From assembly GCF_009914755.1 (NCBI RefSeq), contig NC_060934.1: a stretch of DNA of 64,000 nucleotides; one strand, given 5' to 3'. The notes beneath the pieces were generated by a model. That model saw only the letters and a program-made list of their open reading frames with translations. It did no database searches and was not told where the DNA came from. The first letter of the stretch is position 1. Every line of letters begins with the position of its first letter. This document shows positions 54,647-64,000 of this stretch, in pieces. The position numbers were made by a program, and so were the translations under genes. Source of the stretch: the human T2T-CHM13v2.0 reference genome, Homo sapiens.

Positions 54647-55725
54647 CATAACAAGATAAAAACTAGCCAAATGTGCATACAAACGAAAGTTAACCTGTAT
54701 GCTAGTAATTTTCTTGTGGAAAAGAAGAAAGACAACTGTTCTATGTTTCCTTCATCTTTCAATGCTCTTACTTCATAACAGCAAGTGTGCCCCTCCAGAA
54801 GTAGGACTTCCTTTCATAGCTATCATCACAGTCTAAATTCTGATCAATTTTGTCTGTACCATTCTCTTGCTCCTAGCAACAGTGGTGCTCTCTTACAGCC
54901 TTGGTGCTGCTGGATAACTTAGCGCTTTTACTTCTCCAAGAGTGTTTTCTTTTGCAAGCAAAAGAAAAACAACTGAATCTTAATGGAAAAGATCCTGCTT
55001 TTCAGTGAGTTCTAAAATTATCCTTGCTAGGATTTATAGTGTTGCTCTCGTAGAAACCTTTATTAATCTCAAGCAAAAGTTACTAAGATCTCCACAATAG
55101 TGGTTCCTTAAGCACATGGTTCTGTATTTTTTATTCTAACAGGAGAATAATTTTTCATGCTAATGCAGCTTTCTCTAATTGTAAATAACCATATGCAGTG
55201 TACAAGTTCCCCTGCTGTTTTGAGCTCCTTACCCTAGCATGATTTTCTTCTACTTGCAGGAAACTGATACTTATTTGTATAAAAAGAACTCTCCAATGAA
55301 AAAGTAGTAGTCAATCTTTTAAATTTAGTTCCCAAACTTGCAGAAAGCAAGCCAATTTTCTAAGAGCTAATTTACCAAAAGTCAATTCATCCAATACCTC
55401 CTTTACCAAATACCCAGCTTCTGAAATAAACTCTCCTCTTGATCTTTTCCCCCAGATGAAGGACCTCCTTTCTCTGCCCCACCTTCCACCAAATTTTGCT
55501 GTGGGGCCATAATAGAAGCAAATGCAACAAACTTTAAAATGTTATTAGTAAGATGAAATGAGAGCCAGATAACTAAACCTTAGGGAGATCTTCAAAAGTT
55601 TAAAAACCAAACAATCCAATATAAGTTACTCTAAATTTCATAAATGTTTAAAGAAACATGCAAATTTAGCTAATAAGTCATTCAGAAATTCTCTAATTGA
55701 TAAACTTGATTTTGGTGGATTCTGG

Positions 55726-56550
55726 TTTTTTTTCAACTTTTATTGTAGGTAAAGGGGCAGACATGCAGATTTGTTACATGGGTATATTGCATGTCACTGA
55801 AGTTTGTTATACAAATGATCCCATCTCCCAGGTAGTAAGCATAGAACCCAATAGGCATTTTTTTTTAACCTCTGTATCCCTTCCATCCTCCCCTCTCTAG
55901 TGGTCCCCAGTGCCCATTGTCTATTGTTCCCATCTTTGTGTACACGTGTATTCAATGTTTAGCGGCCACTGGTAAGTGAGATCATGCAATATTTGCTTTC
56001 TTGTTCCTGTGTTTATTTGCTCAGGATAATGGCCTCCAGCTGCATCCATGTTGCTGCAAAGAAAATGATTTTATTCTTTTTATGGCTACATATTATTCCA
56101 CAGTGTATATGTACCACATTTTTAAATCCAGTCCACCACTGATGGACATCAAGGTTGATTCCATGTCTTTGCTACTGTAAATAGTGTTGCAATGAACATG
56201 TGAGTGCATGTGTCTTTTTGGTAGAACAACTTATTTTCCTTTGAGCCTACACCCAATAATGGGATTGCTGGGTCAAATAGTGTTCTAAGTTCTTTTGAGA
56301 AATCTCCAAACTGCTTTCCTCAGTGGCTGAACTAATTTACATTCCCACAAACTGTGTATAAGTGTTCCCTTTTCTCTGCAACCTCACTGATATCTGTTAC
56401 TTTTGTCTTTTTAATAGTAGCTATTCTGACTGGTGTGAGATGGTATTTCATTGTGGTTTTGATTTGCATTTCTTTAATGATTAGTTATATAAGATTTTTT
56501 CATATATCTGCTGACCACATGGATGTCTTCTTTTGAGAAGTGTCTCTTCA
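55726..56550 (-). mobile_element. L1PB/late-L1PA 3' fragment
   Basis: 'catgcagatttgttacatgggtatattgc...ggcctccagctgcatccatgttgctgcaaag...tttgagaagtgtct'. Confidence 0.92.
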
Positions 56551-58289
56551 TGGATTAGATTCTGGCAAATCGATTTACATTTGAGGCTTCAAGTATTGGT
56601 CAGGCACATATCAGGGTTTGGGGGTTACTACCGTGCTATCAATAAAGTCATAGAAATTTGTCAAGGTGAGAATAGGGTACTTGCCTTTCTCTATACCTAG
56701 GAGAACACACAAGCCCTTTCCCCTACTGTATGAAGACTAAGTTGAACTAGAATATTAATTTAATATGCATTGCTTGCTCTGCTTTCCTAGTATATAAACA
56801 ATGCAATTTACTTAGCCTCTAGGACAAGGCTCCTTTGAGTTCAAGCAGAATCAGTTGGAAGCCCCCTTGCTCAGTTGGGAGGCAGAGACCCTAACAGTCA
56901 ATTGCACAACTAATTTCCATAGCCTATCTCTGTAGTTTATTTTAACTACTCCTCACCCTGGGCTTTTTCCCCTTCCTGGCTCTTCTCTGACTTCTCTTCC
57001 ACTTCTCTAGTATCTAAATCTTAATTCATTATATCTCCAAATTATCTAGTAATAGGAAAGCCATGTCCATTGTAGCTACAGGTCTTACCAACCAGTGGCC
57101 CTTAGTTGCCCTTAGCATACCAAGGATACTTCATACTGAGCTTCTATGCTGTATTAATCCATTCATTTTTGGCAGTTGGGATAACATGGTTATTATCCAT
57201 AAATAGTTACTGTAAGAGGCAATTAACATTCAAGGAGGTTCATCTGAACTCTTGTGAAAAACAACAATTGCTACTATTGAGCAACTACTATGACCTAGTA
57301 GATATGGAAAGGAGTCTTCATCTTGGGAAGAAGACAAGGAGGGATTTGTGACAAATATGCTCCTGAGCTCTTAAGTAATGCTTTATAGAAGCAAAATTAA
57401 CCTGAAGATTATGATTGAAAGCTGTTAACTAGAGTAAGAGAGAAAGAATTAGTCTAGTCTTCAGTGCTATTAAACTTTATCAAGAAAGACAAACAATTGA
57501 ACCTTGTAAAAATTAGTCTTTGTTTCTTTATGTTTGGAGAAGAAGATGGGCCAGAGGAACAGAGAGAAAGAAGCGATGAATATCAAACAGGCACTGTTAG
57601 ACTCAGCTTTGGGCAAAGGCTGTGACTAGAGTTGGTACAGTTCAAATTTGATTCATTTGTATAATATTTTGAACTTGAGGAATTACTATAATTGTATCAA
57701 CCACCAGACATATCCATTGGAGAAAGAAAAATGCTCAGACCACAATATCCTACATTATGACCAAGCAGGGGACAGGAAGATGGTCCACTTCACTCCAAAA
57801 AATGAATCTCTGTTGTGAGATACTGGGTAATATTAGGGCTTAATATGATTGGTTCCAGCATTTGGTTAGGGGTGGACAGACATGATTCCCCTACTCCTGG
57901 GACAAGTGTGTCTATTTGGAACCAGGTACAGGGAATTTAAAAACTTCCTAGAGAGATCAAGGCCAGGCTATTTTTAGTCCAACCGAAAATAAATTAGCAA
58001 AGTGAGCCCTATAATGTCGGAATGTCAAAATAATGATATTACCACATGAAAATTACTACATAGAATTAAGCTAATGGAAGAGCAGATGCAAAAACTAACA
58101 AATGAAGGTCTTGTTGGTTTGCAGGTGGCTTACACACCATCTTCGTTAGTAATTATTTTGGGTTGACCCTCCTGCCTCCTGAGCCAAACTACATCTTATT
58201 CTCTCCTCACACTTATTTCCCTGAATAACTATGGAGAAATCAAGAAACAGCCAGGAATAATAACAGAAGCCTAATGCATATTAGATAAT

Positions 58290-58440
58290 AATTCTCAAAG
58301 ATAAGCATTAGAACCTCATTTGTAGATAAGGAAACTATAGCACAGAAAGGTGGGGTAGCTTTCCCTGGGTCACAAAATGAGTAAGAGCCAAAGTCCCTAT
58401 TGCAAACTAGGTCTGAATGAATCCAAAGCCTATAGTCTAA
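58290..58440 (-). mobile_element. MIR fragment
   Basis: 'cctcatttgtagataaggaaact...gcacagaaagg...gggtcaca...tccaaagcc'. Confidence 0.7.
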
Positions 58441-59870
58441 GCAAAGCTTTGATTATCTCATTTGAGTTCCAGGACCATCTAACTGAGATCCTCTGTACTG
58501 TCTTCCTCAACATTAAAGGGAAATATATTTAAGGCAAAGTTTCAAGAATCTTTTTTCATCAGAAATATTATTTGCTTGTGTTACCGGCATCAATCTCCAG
58601 CTAACACACAATTTCCCACTACTAGGCTAATGTGAGCCTGCTGCCAGAAGACACATCGGTGGCTGAAATAGGATTGCATCTGACCATTTCACTTTCTTAA
58701 GGCTCACATAATGCCGGTGGCTCTGATGGTGATAGCTTGTCTGTTCTGACACTAAGAAAATGTCTTCCAATTCCTTTGTTGCTGCAGATAAGTAAAAGGT
58801 ACTTAGTACACACAATGTGGAGCACAATGACCCAGAGACAAAAAGCAGCTATTTGATTTCAATCTACATCAGGAGCTGGAAATCTCAGAGACGAGAGCAT
58901 ATTAAAAACATTATTTTCTGATCGCTTTCTAAGACTCTCATGAAATGGGCTTCACTTGGTGTTTCCAATTGCTTCCTGATTGTTTAAGTGACCCATAACT
59001 TGAAGATTGCCACATTCCTCCCCAAAAGGTAACCTGGAAATGCAAGGAGAGTCAGTAAATGTTGCGTCGTTACACAATTTCAGATCTCAAGGTTTCTGTT
59101 TCAGGTCATTTGTGAGTGAAAGCAGTCCTTTCCTAACCTGTGCAATAGAAGCAGAAAATATTGTATGTTTGCATTGTGTCTTCTCTCTTCAAAACTGTTA
59201 TTTAAGTAATATCAAAATCCTATGCAAACATTTCTGCTCTTATTTCACATATCTTAGACATGGGTTTCTCCTTAGGGCATGCTTTTGAGTTCAAGCTCAA
59301 TGATATCTAATAAACTACACAAGTGTTACATGAGTAAGATACCAGTAGAATCCACAACTATCAAATCAGTCTTACAATGTTACGTCACCAGAAAAACTTC
59401 ATCTAAATAACCACAGTAACCTTACAAAATCCCTAAGATAGCAGACAAAGGAATAGGAAAGGTCCAGGTAAATGGACATGTCATCAAACAGGTACAGAAT
59501 GTAAGTGCGGAAGTTCACAAATGCAGGAAAGGACAGATAAGGAAAGTAGGGTTAAAGGGGACGGGGAACAATTTAGATGAGGGATTAAGTGAATGACTTT
59601 CAATGAAAAGGAAAATAGTTCTTTATATATTATAGATATGATAAAACAATCACCTTCTATAAATTCATTCCACCTACAGTCTTTCTCTCTTAGCCTATAA
59701 ACATGCTTTTCCCATTTTAAAGGCAAAAAACTAACAAAACAAAACCACATCCCTCAACTGTGAGGTTTCTTCTAGTTAATGTCCTCTCTCTTCTTCCCAT
59801 TTGTTAAGCTTCTTGAGAAATATTTATCTACATTTATATTTCCACCCCTTTTCCTGCTTGATTTACTCTC

Positions 59871-61342
<1,472 letters not shown>

Positions 61343-61639
61343 GATTTACTCTCTTTCATCCTTCAGGCCAATTCAAACTTCATGGCTTCTATATGACCTT
61401 CCTCAGGCTCCCTGTAGAGTGATTTGTCACTCTCACTGGTAACACAGAGCACATTTTACATTGCACTAATCAAAATACCTTGGGTTCTAATTTCTTCTTT
61501 GTAAGTCTATTACCTCCTAAACCGTGAACTGTTTGGAAGCTGTGACTATTCATCATTATGTCTATCACACAATGCATAGATGAAGCATTTGAGACTGTTG
61601 GAGGAGAGAGAGAGAGACGCAAACAAGCATAACATAATG

Positions 61640-62200
61640 TGTTACAAGAGAAAAATGCACCATTCCCACATATTATGTAGGTAATGCTTTTGTAACAGAT
61701 ACAGAGGGGCATAATTAAAAGTGGCCCAGTCTTCTCAGGAGGGTCAGGTTTATGCTCCTAGAACTCTTATTGAAGGAGAATAGTTCACCTGTTTTAAAAT
61801 AAACAAACATGCAAAGGCTTTCAAAGAAAAGAAAAATCAAGTGTGGAAACATAGAAACGTGAGACAATCAGAAGTCTTTTAAGTCACTGTGGTGGCTGAA
61901 GCATAGGTTGAGAGGAAGAGAGGAGCAGGAGACAGGTCTATAAAAGAAGGCTAGGACCTTCTAGGTTTCTAACAGCCTTGTAGGCCTGACAAGGAGTATG
62001 ACTTCATCCAAGAGGCAGTGAGAATTACTGAAAGACTAAGCAGGATACAGACACATGCCGGGTGTTAGGAAGATCATTCTGGCAGCAGTGTGGAGAACGA
62101 AGTGAAGAAGAGCAGGACTACAGACAGAGAGATGAGTAGAATATTTTTGTCTCTTGAGGGTTTGAGCTAAACAGTACAGCTTGGAATAATAAGATTGATA
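61640..62200. mobile_element. L2 fragment
   Basis: 'gccttgtaggcc...aaggagtatgacttcatcc...ggaagatcattctggcagcagtgtggaga'. Confidence 0.7.
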
Positions 62201-62454
62201 ACACATACTGAGAAGTTACTAAAGCCAGTCATCATTCTAAGTCTGTTTATTATTTACCTTAATTATAAGAATAACTCACTGAAGCAGGTGATATTATTGT
62301 TTTCATTTTAAACCAGGAAGGTAAGAAACTTGGAGAGCTCTAAGTAAATTGCTAAACCAGAACTCTAACCAAAGAAAGCTAATAAATCCAAAGCCTAAAT
62401 TAGCTTAAGAATACCAGAGGAAATACTAATAGAAGCCACAGGTCTTAATATCTG

Positions 62455-64000
62455 ATTTTATTAGAGGTAATTTTAATAATTTCTGTTCTACAAGTTGTTT
62501 TCAGAAGACAGTCTTTCCTGTGAATTTCACAATAAAATGTACCAATTCACTAACTCTACAGTTGACTTGCAACTTCTTTAACATCTAGAGAGACAAGATG
62601 TAAAATTAGGACTCATTTGTCTGCTATATATGCTATAAACATAGCAAAGTAAAAACAAAATGCACAGAACATATGGAATGATGGTTGACCTTGCCTAACC
62701 ATCTACAGCCTTTTGTATGTCCTTCTCCCTCCTTCCAGGAGCCAGTGCACAAATGCAAGGAGTACTGCTCAAAGAGCCACTGCATTTCCAAAAGATATAT
62801 TTTAAATGAATTTTAACAAAAACAGTATTTACACAATGCATTATATTCCTATCTCTACTTTTTACATACAACAGGCACTCCAGAACATTCAGAAAGGTTA
62901 TCTATTTCTTTTAAAATACTAAAAATGTTCAACTATATATATATATAGTAGGAAGGAATAAAATGCACACATGGGAAATGCTAATAATAAGAACATGTCT
63001 CCTAAATATGACTAGTTTAGCATAGAACACCCTTCCACCACAGGGTCTTGTGCTCCATCACCTCGAAACACTGAATCACTGTATGTTATTCTTGGTGATG
63101 CATCTGGGGAAGTCTAGCAATTCCATTTCCAGAAGACATCTCTTTCCTACAATGCATTATTAATTAATTAATTTTTAAATTTACTCTTTACAAAAGGGCA
63201 TTTGCAAAATATCTACTGTATGTAGGCAACTTCTTTATGTCTACAAGGTGTAGATGTCGCAAAAATAAGTTTTCTTTTTTGTTTGTTTGTTTAGACGGAG
63301 TCTCGCTCTGTCGCCCAGGCTGGAGTGCAGTGGCTGCAAGCTCCGCCTGCCATGTTCACGCCATTCTCCTGTCTCAGCCTCCCGAGTAGCTGGGACTACA
63401 GGCTCCTGCCACCAAGCCCAGCTAATTTTTGTATTTTTAGTAGAGACAGGGTTTCACCGTGTTAGCCAGGATGGTATGGATTTCCTGACCTTGTGATCTG
63501 CCCGCCTCGGCCTCCCAAAGTGCTGGGATTACAGGCGTGAGGCTGGGGAGGACGCTGAGAGCTACTTTTGCATAGTATGTACACAGGTCAGAAAATCTTT
63601 CCAAAGGCTGGTGGGCACTTGTTGAGGGCCGTATATGGTACTTTGTCCTTTCTTCCAATGTCAAGGTCCAGTGGAACGAAACCACTGGGTACTGACCCAG
63701 CCACCTTCAGGGCTCCATCCACCCTCAGGTCTGGAGAGGTGTTTGTCCCTTGAAGTGGTATCTAGTCCAGATGGAGCATAGCAGTGGCCAGCCCCTCACA
63801 CCTTCACAGGTGTTTGCAAGGCCGCCATTCATCTCTCCTGCCATGCCGCAGCCGGGAGTATTCAGTGTTCCAGTGGGAGATGGAGCCAGCGGGTCCTGGG
63901 CTGTTGGAAGCTGCCGCCGCCACCATCAGGTCACCAGGAGGGGTTGCCGCTGCCTGGAATTCCGGCTGCTGCTGCCTTGGCACGGCCTGGGGAAATTGGC
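62455..64000 (-). pseudogene. Probable processed pseudogene (or terminal exon): C-terminal coding remnant plus ~1.3-kb 3' UTR-like sequence, continuing beyond the window edge; parent unidentified
   Basis: Abrupt GC/CpG-rich segment; minus frame 63998->63804 open (QFPQAVPRQQQPEFQAAATPPGDLMVAAAASNSPGPAGSISHWNTEYSRLRHGRRDEWRPCKHL*); UTR-like sequence with TGTAAATA; ATTAAA/AATAAA at 62477-62457. Confidence 0.6.
63270..63540 (-). mobile_element. AluY inside the putative pseudogene UTR
   Basis: 'tgcaagctccgcc...ccgtgttagccaggatgg' diagnostics; first ~16 nt missing; ~15-nt internal deletion. Confidence 0.95.

Overview
AT-rich primate genomic DNA (probably human or great ape, since it carries AluY and L1PA elements). 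It looks intergenic or deep-intronic and is dominated by interspersed repeats: Alu, L1PA/L1PB/L1MA, L2, MIR, MaLR (THE1/MST/MLT1), MLT2, ERV1-class LTRs and MER82. No intact protein-coding gene is supported. The longer ORFs in the track derive from L1, Alu, THE1 or a (TA)-rich VNTR, and the rest look like chance ORFs. The right edge (~62455-64000, minus strand) looks like the 3' end of a processed pseudogene or terminal exon whose parent I could not name. I found no convincing novel biological system. The best observations concern retrotransposition and DNA-repair footprints: an L1 3' transduction with TSD and its own poly(A) signal, a tail-less Alu with TSD and templated filler, a palindromic VNTR bracketed by 15-bp inverted repeats, a 20-bp-stem hairpin, a scrambled local duplication and a rearranged THE1 provirus. 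Repeat subfamily calls come from recalled consensus sequences and need RepeatMasker/Dfam confirmation.
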